From Candidatus Doudnabacteria bacterium RIFCSPHIGHO2_02_FULL_43_13b (GTDB lineage: Bacteria > Patescibacteriota > Doudnabacteria > UBA920 > O2-02-FULL-48-8): 64,000 bases of DNA. This document shows positions 1 to 8,844 of this stretch, piece after piece (within the stretch, counting starts at the first letter, position 1; each line of letters opens with the position of its first letter). The stretch covers positions 2,619 to 66,618 of the forward strand of contig MFER01000013.1 of assembly GCA_001777655.1 (NCBI GenBank). Direction: 5' to 3'. The notes below the pieces were generated by a model. The model saw only the letters and a program-made list of their open reading frames with translations, ran no database searches and was not told the origin of the DNA. Both the position numbers and the translations under genes were made by a program.

Positions 1-39
1 GTTTGGAAACCCGATCTTCACCAAGCTTACCTGTACTCA

Positions 40-432
40 TCAACGTCGGCTAGGGATGTATTTGTTCCTCATCTGCTCGTGCTCGTATTCTTTTTTTTCT
101 TTGGCAAAATTGAAAATCAAATACTTCAAAATAAAGATCAACCACACTATCCCCATCAACCCGATTAATCCAACCCAGAACCTGCGGCTAAATAACGGGG
201 TATTTTCGTATCGAAACAAAAACCAAAATCCACCGCTGATGGCTAAAGTCAAGCTTAGGTGCCAAATTCTTTTCCAAATATTCTTGATTGTTTGATGCTT
301 CGCAAATCTGGCGATGACCAAAAAGATAATCGCCACCGCCAAACAGGCAGCAAAAAAATAACCTATGTAAAAATCGGTTTGATTTAAGATGGTTGAAGGT
401 TGTGAAAACCAAAAATAGTAATTAATAGGCAT
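40..432 (-). CDS. hypothetical membrane protein (about 3 TM)
   Basis: 130-aa ORF with hydrophobic segments; start overlaps stop of upstream gene. Confidence 0.75.
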   Translation of the reverse strand: MPINYYFWFSQPSTILNQTDFYIGYFFAACLAVAIIFLVIARFAKHQTIKNIWKRIWHLSLTLAISGGFWFLFRYENTPLFSRRFWVGLIGLMGIVWLIFILKYLIFNFAKEKKEYEHEQMRNKYIPSRR

Positions 433-986
433 TACTTTATAAACATCAACCCGTAATGATAAATATCGACCGGCAGCATACCCAGTTCTTTTAAGTTGGT
501 TTGACTGGCGAGTTTCACAATTTCAGTAGGCGCTAACCGATCGGCAATTTGCGGACCGATCGGTGATGGTTGATCATTCCATTCCAATGCAATCAGTTTG
601 CCCCCGGTTTTTAATAACCGATAGACTTCAGTCAACAATCCTTTCCGATTTTTTATTTGATGCAAGGTGTTAGCCAATAAAACATAATCCAAGCTGCCTG
701 TTGGGATACCCGAACAAGAACTGGCTTGTTCCAAATCACAGCGAATCATTTTAACATTACGCAGTCCCTTGACTCGAGCTTCCGCCGCGATATGATCCAG
801 CGCTGATTCTAAAATATCAACGGCGAAAACTGATCCTCGCTCGCCCACAATTTTTCCCGCGGCCATCACATAAAAACCGCTCCCTGCTCCCAAGTCAGCC
901 AGGGTCTGGCCGCTGGTCAAACCTGCGGCAAATAAAGTTTTCTCTGGATCCAAAAATTTCGGCGGTTCAAAAAGAAATTTATTCAT
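432..986 (-). CDS. class I SAM-dependent methyltransferase
   Basis: DLGAGSG motif I, VDI acidic motif, LKTGG post-motif. Confidence 0.85.
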   Translation of the reverse strand: MNKFLFEPPKFLDPEKTLFAAGLTSGQTLADLGAGSGFYVMAAGKIVGERGSVFAVDILESALDHIAAEARVKGLRNVKMIRCDLEQASSCSGIPTGSLDYVLLANTLHQIKNRKGLLTEVYRLLKTGGKLIALEWNDQPSPIGPQIADRLAPTEIVKLASQTNLKELGMLPVDIYHYGLMFIK

Positions 987-1087
987 CCCGTTAGAAATAG
1001 TGATTAGTTAATAAATCTAATTATTGATAATTGACCCGTCAAATATAAATGTTATAAATAATAAGCAACGCAAAATTTCTAACGGGA
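986..1087. mobile_element. MITE-like inverted-repeat element (TCCCGTTAGAAAT...ATTTCTAACGGGA)
   Basis: 13-bp terminal inverted repeats; TTCA direct repeat at 982-985 and 1088-1091. Confidence 0.7.
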
Positions 1088-1088
1088 T

Positions 1089-1907
1089 TCATGCTAATTT
1101 CACGATTTGATGTACTGCTCTAATTTCCGTTGCCTTGCCAGTCGATTCATCTACTATAATAATAACATAACTTAACTCCACAGATGAAGCATCATCTGGA
1201 ATATCGAAAGAGACCCGGTTGCCGGTTAAAAACCGTTCTAAAGACAGTTCTTTTTTCACCCCCAGCACCGAGCCTGCCGCCCCGCACATGCCAACGTCGG
1301 TAATATAAGCAGTGCCGCCTGGCAAAACTTTCGCGTCAGCTGTGGGAATATGAGTATGCGTTCCTAAGATAGCGCTGACCTTGCCATCCAGAAAATAACC
1401 GAACGCGATCTTTTCGCTGGTGGCTTCCGCGTGGAAATCAATCAGTGTGGCCACAACATCGGGGCTTTGATTCTGTTTCTGCCAAAACTCAACCCCGGCG
1501 AATGCCGAGGTAATCGGATCATGAAACTGATTTTCCATAAACACTTGGCCCAAAAAATTTCCAACCAACACTGCTCCCTTGGAAGTGACAAGTTTAATTG
1601 CGGTATTCCCAGCATAAGTATCAGGAATGTTCGCCGGGCGAACTAAGCGATCGGAATATTTCGTTAAGGCTTCGTCGGAAAACTCCTTTTTGGAAAAAAT
1701 ATGATTACCGCCGGTAAACCCATTAATCCCCGCTCTGATCAGTTCTTCCAATGTTTTGACAGTTACTCCTTTGCCGTGCGCCAAATTTTCGACATTAGCC
1801 AAAACTAAATCCGGTTTCTCTGTCTCCAAAAGTCCGGGCAATGATTGTTTCACCGCCTTGCGTCCGGGTTCACCTGTAATGTCACCAAAGAATAATACTT
1901 TTAGCAT
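1089..1907 (-). CDS. ymdB: YmdB/TIGR00282 metallophosphoesterase
   Basis: FGDI, NVEN, GNH, DFHAEATSEK, GTHTH, TDVGM motifs; directly downstream of rny; start set at MLKVLFFGD. Confidence 0.9.
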   Translation of the reverse strand: MLKVLFFGDITGEPGRKAVKQSLPGLLETEKPDLVLANVENLAHGKGVTVKTLEELIRAGINGFTGGNHIFSKKEFSDEALTKYSDRLVRPANIPDTYAGNTAIKLVTSKGAVLVGNFLGQVFMENQFHDPITSAFAGVEFWQKQNQSPDVVATLIDFHAEATSEKIAFGYFLDGKVSAILGTHTHIPTADAKVLPGGTAYITDVGMCGAAGSVLGVKKELSLERFLTGNRVSFDIPDDASSVELSYVIIIVDESTGKATEIRAVHQIVKLA

Positions 1908-1920
1908 AGATTGTTGAACG

Positions 1921-3438
1921 TTACCTCGCATACTCAATCACCCGAGTCTCTCGAATGACCATCACTTTGATTTCTCCCGGATATTTCAAATCCTGTTCGA
2001 TTTTATTTGCAATCTCTCGCGCCAGTTTGGTAGCGGCCCAATCATCCACTTTACCAGGTGTCACAAATACCCGAATCTCTCTTCCAGCTTGAATTGCGTA
2101 GACTTTATCCACCCCTTCGAACGCAGAAGCTAGGCGCTCTAAGTCTTCCAGCCGTTTGACGTAATTTTCATAAGTGTCGCGTCGCGCCCCCGGTCTGGAG
2201 CCGGAAATATTATCCGCCGCATCCACGATCGCGGCTTCAATCGACGAATATTCCACGTCGCCGTGATGGGCTTCAATCGCGTTAATAATTTTTTCAGGTA
2301 GGTTAAATTTCTGGGCAATTTGTTTGCCGATTTCCACGTGCGTGCCTTCCATGTCTTGATCCAAGGCCTTGCCAATGTCATGCAACAGCGCTCCCCGCTT
2401 GATGGTCGGGATATCGGCCCCCAACTCTTCGCCCATCAGAGCGGCCAATTTCGCCATCTCGACCGAGTGCTTTAAGACATTCTGCCCATAGCTGGTGCGG
2501 AACTTTAAGCGGCCGATCAGTTGCACCAATTTGGCCGGAAAGTCAGTGATGCCCAATTCATAAACCGCGGCTTCCCCGGCTTCGCGGATCATTTCCGCCA
2601 CTTCTTTTTTCGCTTTTTCCGTGGCTTCTTCGATTTTCGCCGGGTGAATCCGGCCATCAGCAATCAGCCGCTCCAAAGCCAGCTTGGCGATATGGCGCCT
2701 GACTGAATTGAATCCGGAAATTATCACGGCGTCCGGAGTATCATCCACGATCACTTCCACCCCCAGCATTTGTTCGAAAGTTCGGATATTGCGGCCTTCT
2801 TTGCCGATGATCCGGCCTTTCATTTCATCGTTAGGCAAACTGACGGCCGTGGTGGTGGTTTCACTCGTGACTTCCGAAGCGCAGCGCTGAATGGCCAAGG
2901 CCACGATCTCGCGGGCTTTTTTATCCGCCTCGTCCCGCGCTTGATTCAAAAGTTTATGAGTCAGCATGGTCAATTCGTCCTTGACATTCTTTTCCGTGGC
3001 TTCCAACAGCACTCGTTTCGCATCTTCGGTGGAAAGATTGGCAATTTTCTGCAATTTTTCCAATTGCTGTTGTTTAACCTCTTTAAGCTGTTCTTGATTT
3101 TTTTCCAAATCCAGCTTTTTTTGGGCTAAATCTTCTTTGGTTTTGTCATTATCCGAGACTCGACGATCCAGATCAGCCTCTTTTTTGGTTAATCGCTCTT
3201 CGACTTTAATAATTTGGCTGCGAAAATCCGTTTCCGCTTTTTTGCCCTGCTCGATAATCTCCATGGCCTTGGTTTTGGCTTCCAGCAATATTTCTTTTTC
3301 TTTATTGCGAGCAATTTCCTCAACCCGGGCGACTTTCGCCTCGATGGAATTAACCTTGCTGGCAATCTGCACTTTGCGGATGAAATAGCCGGCAATTCCC
3401 CCCACTAATATCCCGATTACAATATATAAACCAATCAT
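1921..3438 (-). CDS. rny: ribonuclease Y
   Basis: N-terminal TM helix, coiled coil, KH (GRIIGKEGRNIR), HD (LLHDIGK), C-terminal AIQAGREIRV. Confidence 0.96.
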   Translation of the reverse strand: MIGLYIVIGILVGGIAGYFIRKVQIASKVNSIEAKVARVEEIARNKEKEILLEAKTKAMEIIEQGKKAETDFRSQIIKVEERLTKKEADLDRRVSDNDKTKEDLAQKKLDLEKNQEQLKEVKQQQLEKLQKIANLSTEDAKRVLLEATEKNVKDELTMLTHKLLNQARDEADKKAREIVALAIQRCASEVTSETTTTAVSLPNDEMKGRIIGKEGRNIRTFEQMLGVEVIVDDTPDAVIISGFNSVRRHIAKLALERLIADGRIHPAKIEEATEKAKKEVAEMIREAGEAAVYELGITDFPAKLVQLIGRLKFRTSYGQNVLKHSVEMAKLAALMGEELGADIPTIKRGALLHDIGKALDQDMEGTHVEIGKQIAQKFNLPEKIINAIEAHHGDVEYSSIEAAIVDAADNISGSRPGARRDTYENYVKRLEDLERLASAFEGVDKVYAIQAGREIRVFVTPGKVDDWAATKLAREIANKIEQDLKYPGEIKVMVIRETRVIEYAR

Positions 3439-3439
3439 A

Positions 3440-3754
3440 CCCAGTATATCAACTTTCAGAGACGCCAAACGCTGTTTGGTTACGTTTGAAGTCCATTAAT
3501 CTTAAGCCTAAAAACCGACGACCCTGTGTGGTTTTTAAATAATTCTCACGGCGTTTGGCGTCTACTTCACTCAAACACCCCTCGAAGTATATCAATTTAA
3601 AAGGCGTTCTAAACTTTGTTGAAAAATTTAAACCCCTATTATGTTCTTCTAATCTCTTTCTTAAATTAGTAGTAAAACCAATATATCTTTTAAAATCTTC
3701 TAAACTTTCCAATACGTAGACATAGAAGAACATACTGAAAGTTGTATTACTGGG
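3440..3754. mobile_element. inverted-repeat element carrying a GIY-YIG gene, located at the rny start codon
   Basis: Ends CCCAGTATATCAACTTTCAG / CTGAAAGTTGTATTACTGGG; CATA (TATG on minus) duplicated at 3436-3439 and 3755-3758. Confidence 0.75.
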
Positions 3755-3757
3755 CAT
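3449..3757 (-). CDS. small GIY-YIG nuclease family protein
   Basis: YVYVL...YIGFT.NL.KRL.EHN...A..RE motifs; alternative start 3733. Confidence 0.9.
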   Translation of the reverse strand: MPSNTTFSMFFYVYVLESLEDFKRYIGFTTNLRKRLEEHNRGLNFSTKFRTPFKLIYFEGCLSEVDAKRRENYLKTTQGRRFLGLRLMDFKRNQTAFGVSES

Positions 3758-3866
3758 AAAAAACACTCCAATCTCTATAATTGGCCGCATCTTTACTGGT
3801 TTAGGTTTGTGTCAAAATTAAACGGACGCTAAAACAAGCCCTCGAGTTAAGGGTAATTTTTTTGCG

Positions 3867-3916
3867 ACTCCGACGATTCTGTCGGAGCTCCGACCTGACA
3901 GAGTCAGCGTCGGAGT
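3867..3916. repeat. double-hairpin TCCGAC/GTCGGA palindromic repeat
   Basis: CTCCGACGATTCTGTCGGAG-CTCCGAC...GTCGGAG; similar to 48795-48847. Confidence 0.55.
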
Positions 3917-4062
3917 AGATTGAGACAAAACTATGGACATATCGAGAATAAAGATGCAGTCAAACAGTTATAAAGAATAATAACGAATTCTTACACTTAG
4001 CTTTACTAAGCTAATTGCAATATACCACAAATAGGCGGAATGTCAACAGACCAGAATACAAA

Positions 4063-4626
4063 TTATATTACGATCCCGATGCACTTGGTGGCATAAGCCT
4101 TGAGCATGTTGCTATAATCAGATTCCCAAGCTGCTAAGGTTGCCTCGACATCCCTAATTTTACTTTCAATAGACCAGCCTGAATCAGGATCAACATAACC
4201 TGGCGAAACACGGCTGTAATATTCTAAAGCAAGTTTTTTATCGCCGATCCTTTCTTCCAGCTCCATAATACTTTGTATCAACAATGCACAATCGAGCTGC
4301 GGTTCCGTAAACTTATCTCTGGGCTGTTGGTCATCGCCAGAGTCGCCATCATAAGCTGCGCTTAAATTTAGCTCCACGCGAGAGCGATTAAAAAAATCAG
4401 CGACACTTTGAGTTTGGGCAAACTTTGGAGCATATGCTTCAACCAACTGTCCAAGTTCCGAGACATTTGTTATTTTGGCCGCCGCAACATCAAAGTCTTT
4501 CTTTAAATTCTGGCGGATAAAATAACTAGAGACCTCGTTGATGGCAAGAGCAACCAACAGCAAGCCCGCGATGAGCAATAATCCGCTTTTCCAATTTAAC
4601 TTATTCCAGTTGAATTTTAGTTTCAT
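4063..4626 (-). CDS. membrane-anchored hypothetical protein, paralog of 8845-9348
   Basis: N-terminal TM; shared SR(V/I)x(L/F)N(L/I)S..SGDDQ..C.....RIG..C pattern. Confidence 0.75.
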   Translation of the reverse strand: MKLKFNWNKLNWKSGLLLIAGLLLVALAINEVSSYFIRQNLKKDFDVAAAKITNVSELGQLVEAYAPKFAQTQSVADFFNRSRVELNLSAAYDGDSGDDQQPRDKFTEPQLDCALLIQSIMELEERIGDKKLALEYYSRVSPGYVDPDSGWSIESKIRDVEATLAAWESDYSNMLKAYATKCIGIVI

Positions 4627-4664
4627 TTGCTTTGGTTTCTCCTAAGTTAATTGCTTCTGCTTTT

Positions 4665-4689
4665 AGTATACCCCGATGAAATTTGTCAA
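4665..4689 (-). promoter_or_regulatory. sigma70-like promoter with G4 tract, 13-bp spacer
   Basis: TTGACA-AATTTCATC-GGGG-TATACT; homologous to 9377-9406. Confidence 0.55.
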
Positions 4690-4694
4690 CAAAC

Positions 4695-5009
4695 CTATAA
4701 ATTCTTTAGCAATCGTGGGACTTCAGTCGTGGCAACATCAAACACAATCTCCAGATCCACATCCATATAATCATGGACTAATCGATCTCGCATGGCCATT
4801 GCCCGTTTCCAATCAACATGAGGATAAGTATCTTTGGTTGCCTGAGAAGTCCGCTTGGCGGCTTCCCCGATATTTTCAATTAGTTTGACAATTGCCAAAT
4901 GCAATTGTTCGTTCGCGACGAAATGCTCAAAGCTAACTTTGCTGGTAAATTCAATGATTTTGCTACAAAATTCCTTGATCTGCGCAATGTAGATTTTATC
5001 TTTGTCCAT
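4695..5009 (-). CDS. HepT/DUF86 HEPN ribonuclease toxin
   Basis: IGEAAK and MRDRLVHDY (Rx4HxY) motif. Confidence 0.9.
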   Translation of the reverse strand: MDKDKIYIAQIKEFCSKIIEFTSKVSFEHFVANEQLHLAIVKLIENIGEAAKRTSQATKDTYPHVDWKRAMAMRDRLVHDYMDVDLEIVFDVATTEVPRLLKNL

Positions 5010-5286
5010 AGATGAGTTTCAAGTCGCGTTCGATTTGTGGCCGTAAAAACTTATTTACTGCGCCAACTGTCACCAAATCAATATCATGATTAAGCACTCT
5101 GCGTAAATTTTCATCAAGTTTGAGATATCCGGCGAATGTCGGCGATGATTGAAATTTAACTAATATATCCACGTCGCTGGAAGCGGACGCATCCCCGCGC
5201 GCCACACTACCAAAAATTCCGGCATACTCCACACCAGATTGTTTTAGCACCGGAACAATTTTTTCTTTCACTTCTTCGATAGTCAT
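4996..5286 (-). CDS. MNT nucleotidyltransferase antitoxin
   Basis: FGSVARG...SDVDILV motif; overlaps HEPN gene. Confidence 0.9.
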   Translation of the reverse strand: MTIEEVKEKIVPVLKQSGVEYAGIFGSVARGDASASSDVDILVKFQSSPTFAGYLKLDENLRRVLNHDIDLVTVGAVNKFLRPQIERDLKLIYGQR

Positions 5287-5361
5287 GTTTATATTTTACC
5301 ACCTCCCAGCTCTTATGGTCAACAATACCAAAAACCCGCCATTGCAAGACAAGATTGCCTA

Positions 5362-6012
5362 TTACACACTAATTCTTAAAATAAAAAACATGGCGATGGC
5401 GAAGCCGGCGAAGCCGAAAAGAATACTGCTGATAATCCAGGTATAGACCCGGAACCGAGGAACCACTAAAAAATCGTTCCGGAAACTTTCGGCAAATCGG
5501 TCAATCTTCCGATCAACATCTTCTTCTCTTACTGCCGCCCGAATTGGGACTTTATAATATTTGGCGAAGTCCGACAGAGAAAGCACGCCTTTTAGAACAT
5601 TATTATCATCCACGACCGGCACCGGGTCTGCCGTGGCGGGATCCAAAAACAGCGCATGGGCATCCTCGATGGACTGTGAAATATTCAGCGTCCTCGGGTT
5701 TGGGTTCATGACCTTTTTCATATCCAGCGGGACCGCTTCCTTCAGTTCTTCTAAGATCGCGGATTTCTTTTTTTTATAATATTGCAGATCGGAAAATAGC
5801 GTGAGTAAGGTGCGCAAATGGACATAAGATTGATCGGCTAACAATTTCTTTTCCGTAAACAATCCGACCAATTTGCCAGCTCGATCCACGACCGGCAAAC
5901 CGCTAAATCTATGATGAACGACAGAAACCACCGCCTCAGTTAAGGGGGTATCTTCAGTCACGGTCACGACTTGCTTGGTCATTAGGTCTTCAAGTTTTTC
6001 AATCTGTGTCAT
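5362..6012 (-). CDS. CBS domain protein with C-terminal TM helix
   Basis: Two CBS repeats (LPVVD..GKLVG; VPVVDD..LKG). Confidence 0.85.
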   Translation of the reverse strand: MTQIEKLEDLMTKQVVTVTEDTPLTEAVVSVVHHRFSGLPVVDRAGKLVGLFTEKKLLADQSYVHLRTLLTLFSDLQYYKKKKSAILEELKEAVPLDMKKVMNPNPRTLNISQSIEDAHALFLDPATADPVPVVDDNNVLKGVLSLSDFAKYYKVPIRAAVREEDVDRKIDRFAESFRNDFLVVPRFRVYTWIISSILFGFAGFAIAMFFILRISV

Positions 6013-6072
6013 GACAATCTATTAAAGTTTACGTATAATCATTATATACTAAATCATTAACCTAATAAACTT

Positions 6073-6654
6073 ATGAAATACACACTGCCCCGGCTTCCCT
6101 ACGCCTATGATGCCTTAGAGCCATACATCGATGCGAAAACCATGGAAATTCACCATACCAAGCATCATCAAGCTTACATTGATAAACTTAATACCGCCTT
6201 GGACAAATATCCGGCCTTGGCGGAACAACCGCTCGATGGACTTTTGAAAAACTTGGATTCACTGAAAGTAGACGAAGCGGACCGCACGGCCATCCGCAAT
6301 CATGGCGGCGGGCATGTTAATCACACACTGTTCTGGACCCTGATGGATCCGAAGAACAAAAAAGATGATAAGTTGATTGCGGATATCAATACCACTTTCG
6401 GCTCGGTGGAAGAATTCAAAAAACAATTTACTGATGTCGCGGCGAAAGTCTTCGGTTCTGGTTGGGCTTGGCTAGCGCGCGATGAACAGGACAAACTCCA
6501 TATGCATGGCCTGCCCAACCAAGACTCTCCCTATCTGCACGGCCACACGCCCATCATCGGCCTCGATGTTTGGGAACACGCCTATTACCTGAAGTATCAG
6601 AACAAGCGGCCGGATTATATCACCGCTTGGTGGAACGTTTTAAAATTAATCTAA
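6073..6654 (+). CDS. sodA: Mn/Fe superoxide dismutase
   Basis: HHTKHH, NHGGGH.NH, FGSGW, DVWEHAYY. Confidence 0.93.
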   Translation: MKYTLPRLPYAYDALEPYIDAKTMEIHHTKHHQAYIDKLNTALDKYPALAEQPLDGLLKNLDSLKVDEADRTAIRNHGGGHVNHTLFWTLMDPKNKKDDKLIADINTTFGSVEEFKKQFTDVAAKVFGSGWAWLARDEQDKLHMHGLPNQDSPYLHGHTPIIGLDVWEHAYYLKYQNKRPDYITAWWNVLKLI

Positions 6655-6708
6655 ACTTAAAGTCGCTGAATAAAAAAACCGCCCCGGACCAAGATCCAGG
6701 GTCTATTT

Positions 6709-7050
6709 TTACTCTTTAATTTTTGCTTCTTGACCACTGCGGGTATAATAAAGTTTCGCTTTGCGAGCCGGGGTGGCTTTGACGACTTCAATCTTTTCGA
6801 TATTTGGCGAATGAATGGGAAAAATTCGCTCCACGCCGATACCAGAGGAAATCTTGCGCACGGTCACGGTGCCATTCATGGCTTTTCCGCCCTTGGTAGC
6901 GATGACCTGGCCTTCGAAGACCTGGATCCGCTCTTTTTCTTTCCCTTCAGCCGAAATATCTTTAATCTTTTGGTGCACGCGGACAACGTACCCGGCTTTT
7001 AGTACCGGAATATCTTTTAGTTGTTCGGGTCGAAATGTTGGAATCATCAT
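6709..7050 (-). CDS. rplS: 50S ribosomal protein L19
   Basis: [29 protein letters not shown]. Confidence 0.95.
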   Translation of the reverse strand: MMIPTFRPEQLKDIPVLKAGYVVRVHQKIKDISAEGKEKERIQVFEGQVIATKGGKAMNGTVTVRKISSGIGVERIFPIHSPNIEKIEVVKATPARKAKLYYTRSGQEAKIKE

Positions 7051-7105
7051 ATGAATATCTTAGTATCGCGCGAAGCGCTTAGTATCCAAATATCGATATT
7101 GGATA

Positions 7106-8053
7106 TTAAGATACTGGGATATTAATGTTTAACTTAGTCAATACTTCTCTCAAATCCGTCGGCAGTTCTGACACTAGTTCTAACCACGTCCCGTCCATCA
7201 ATTGAAATTTCAGTCGGGCTGCGTGGAGAAACTGTCTATCTAAAATTGGGGAAGCTTTCCCATAGAGCTTGTCTCCCACAATCGGGCACCCAATGTGCGC
7301 CAGGTGCGCTCGAATCTGATGAGTGCGCCCTGTGTGCAATTTTACACGAAGAAGAGCAACTTGTAAAGACTCGCCAGAGTCTTTACCCCGAGCGGAGTGA
7401 AGCGAAGTCGAGGGGTCCAATTTCCCTTCACCCAAAACCCAATACTCGGTAATGGCTTCCTTGCCTGACCCCACTCGCATTTTCTGCTTCAAGGGAACTT
7501 TCTCTAACGGCAAATTAATAATGTCGTGTTGTTTAGCTGGCACCCCTGATACTAACGCCAAATACTCTTTTTCAATCTTATGATCCAAAAACTGCTGTTT
7601 GAAATACTCATACCCTCTTGGGGTTTTCGCAATCAAAATCAAGCCAGACGTATATTCATCCAAACGGTGGACGATCCCAGGCCGATGCGGCTCGCCGACG
7701 TTCTCAATTCCTGGAAATCTGGTTAAGAGCGCGTTGGCCAAAGTATCTTCCGTGTTGCCAGCGCCTGGGTGGACGACGAGCCCGGCCGGCTTATCAATCA
7801 CGGCGAAATCTTCATTTTCAAACACGACTTTCAGCGCCAAAGTAGAAGCTGTCAACGCTTCTGGTTTGAATTCCGGCAGTTCAATTTGGTCTTCAATTTT
7901 CAATGGCCAATCCGGTTCCGAAACTTTATGGCCATTAACCGAAACTGCGCCGGTCTTGATGGCCTTCTGAATCCTCCCCCGCGAAACATCGGGAATTTTC
8001 CCAGCCAAAAATTTATCCAATCGGTCTTTTTTTTCAACTGCGAATTCAAGCAT
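7106..8053 (-). CDS. RluA/RluD pseudouridine synthase
   Basis: S4 domain, VHRLD, TGRTHQIR, GDKLYG, QFLHA. Confidence 0.93.
   Translation of the reverse strand: MLEFAVEKKDRLDKFLAGKIPDVSRGRIQKAIKTGAVSVNGHKVSEPDWPLKIEDQIELPEFKPEALTASTLALKVVFENEDFAVIDKPAGLVVHPGAGNTEDTLANALLTRFPGIENVGEPHRPGIVHRLDEYTSGLILIAKTPRGYEYFKQQFLDHKIEKEYLALVSGVPAKQHDIINLPLEKVPLKQKMRVGSGKEAITEYWVLGEGKLDPSTSLHSARGKDSGESLQVALLRVKLHTGRTHQIRAHLAHIGCPIVGDKLYGKASPILDRQFLHAARLKFQLMDGTWLELVSELPTDLREVLTKLNINIPVS
7381..7418. repeat. palindromic repeat in frame within the RluA gene
   Basis: CCCCGAGC...GTCGAGGGG imperfect palindrome encoding DPSTSLHSARGK. Confidence 0.5.
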
Positions 8054-8073
8054 ATTATGATAATTATAATTAA

Positions 8074-8146
8074 CTATATCCCTATTTTGTGCGACCTGCC
8101 CGCTCGTGCCTCGCAGAGGCAGGCGGGTCGCACATTTTAAGGATAT
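8074..8146. repeat. palindrome, downstream flank of PaaX-like gene
   Basis: ATATCCCTATTTTGTGCGA...TCGCACATTTTAAGGATAT enclosing a GC hairpin. Confidence 0.7.
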
Positions 8147-8151
8147 TGCTC

Positions 8152-8673
8152 TTAGCGAATCCCCCCTTCGATAACTTTTACATACTGGATTAATTTCATC
8201 TCTTTCAGCAAATCATAAAATTCTTGAGGTAGAACGTCCGGGGCAATGAATACACTTTTTTGGATCATGGTAAACTTCATTTGCTTAAGCAACCGCCTCA
8301 AGAAATTTCTATACGTTCTCTTTTCTTCTGGTATATCAAAAATTATTATAGTGGCCTGATTCCCTCTTTGGTTCCTAGAAGTCCTAATCTTGAAAATTAA
8401 ATATTTAATTTTACCTTTTCTAGTAATTTCATAATATATTTTATCCTCAATTTTTTTCTTGTCGAGCCATCCTTGTTGGCGCATTCTTTCTGCGGTTTTA
8501 TACAGTTGTTTTCGCGGGATTTCTTTGGGGTGTATCGGCAATCCATACATCTGGCGCCTGGATTCGGAGAAAGTCAAGGGCGAAGCATAATACATCCCTA
8601 AAATTTCATTAGTAACCGACTTAATTGTTTTTGCGATTATTTTTTTAATCTTGCTTTTCTTAAGTTTCTTCAT
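8152..8673 (-). CDS. wHTH + PaaX central (Cas2-like) domain protein
   Basis: YEITRKG wing; IIIFDIPE..R..R.FLR..L...F.MIQKSVF. Confidence 0.8.
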   Translation of the reverse strand: MKKLKKSKIKKIIAKTIKSVTNEILGMYYASPLTFSESRRQMYGLPIHPKEIPRKQLYKTAERMRQQGWLDKKKIEDKIYYEITRKGKIKYLIFKIRTSRNQRGNQATIIIFDIPEEKRTYRNFLRRLLKQMKFTMIQKSVFIAPDVLPQEFYDLLKEMKLIQYVKVIEGGIR

Positions 8674-8682
8674 AAAGCCATG

Positions 8683-8722
8683 ATATCCCTATTTTGTGCG
8701 ATCGTCAAATTTAGGGATATAG
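8683..8722. repeat. palindrome, upstream flank of PaaX-like gene
   Basis: ATATCCCTATTTTGTGCGA (identical 19-mer to 8076-8094) ...TAGGGATATAG. Confidence 0.7.
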
Positions 8723-8844
8723 GTCACCAGTATTTTTTAGGGATTCTTAATTTCTTACTATTCTTTGAACAAACCAAAACCCGCCCCTGCCTACCGGCAG
8801 GCAGGCTTTCGGGCGGATTAGGAATTTAATTAACTTCTAATTTA

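Noticed and set aside
8152-8673. Cas2 / CRISPR-Cas locus
   Set aside because: The Cas2-like motif sits in a wHTH-PaaX-type protein; there is no cas1 and no repeat-spacer array in the window.
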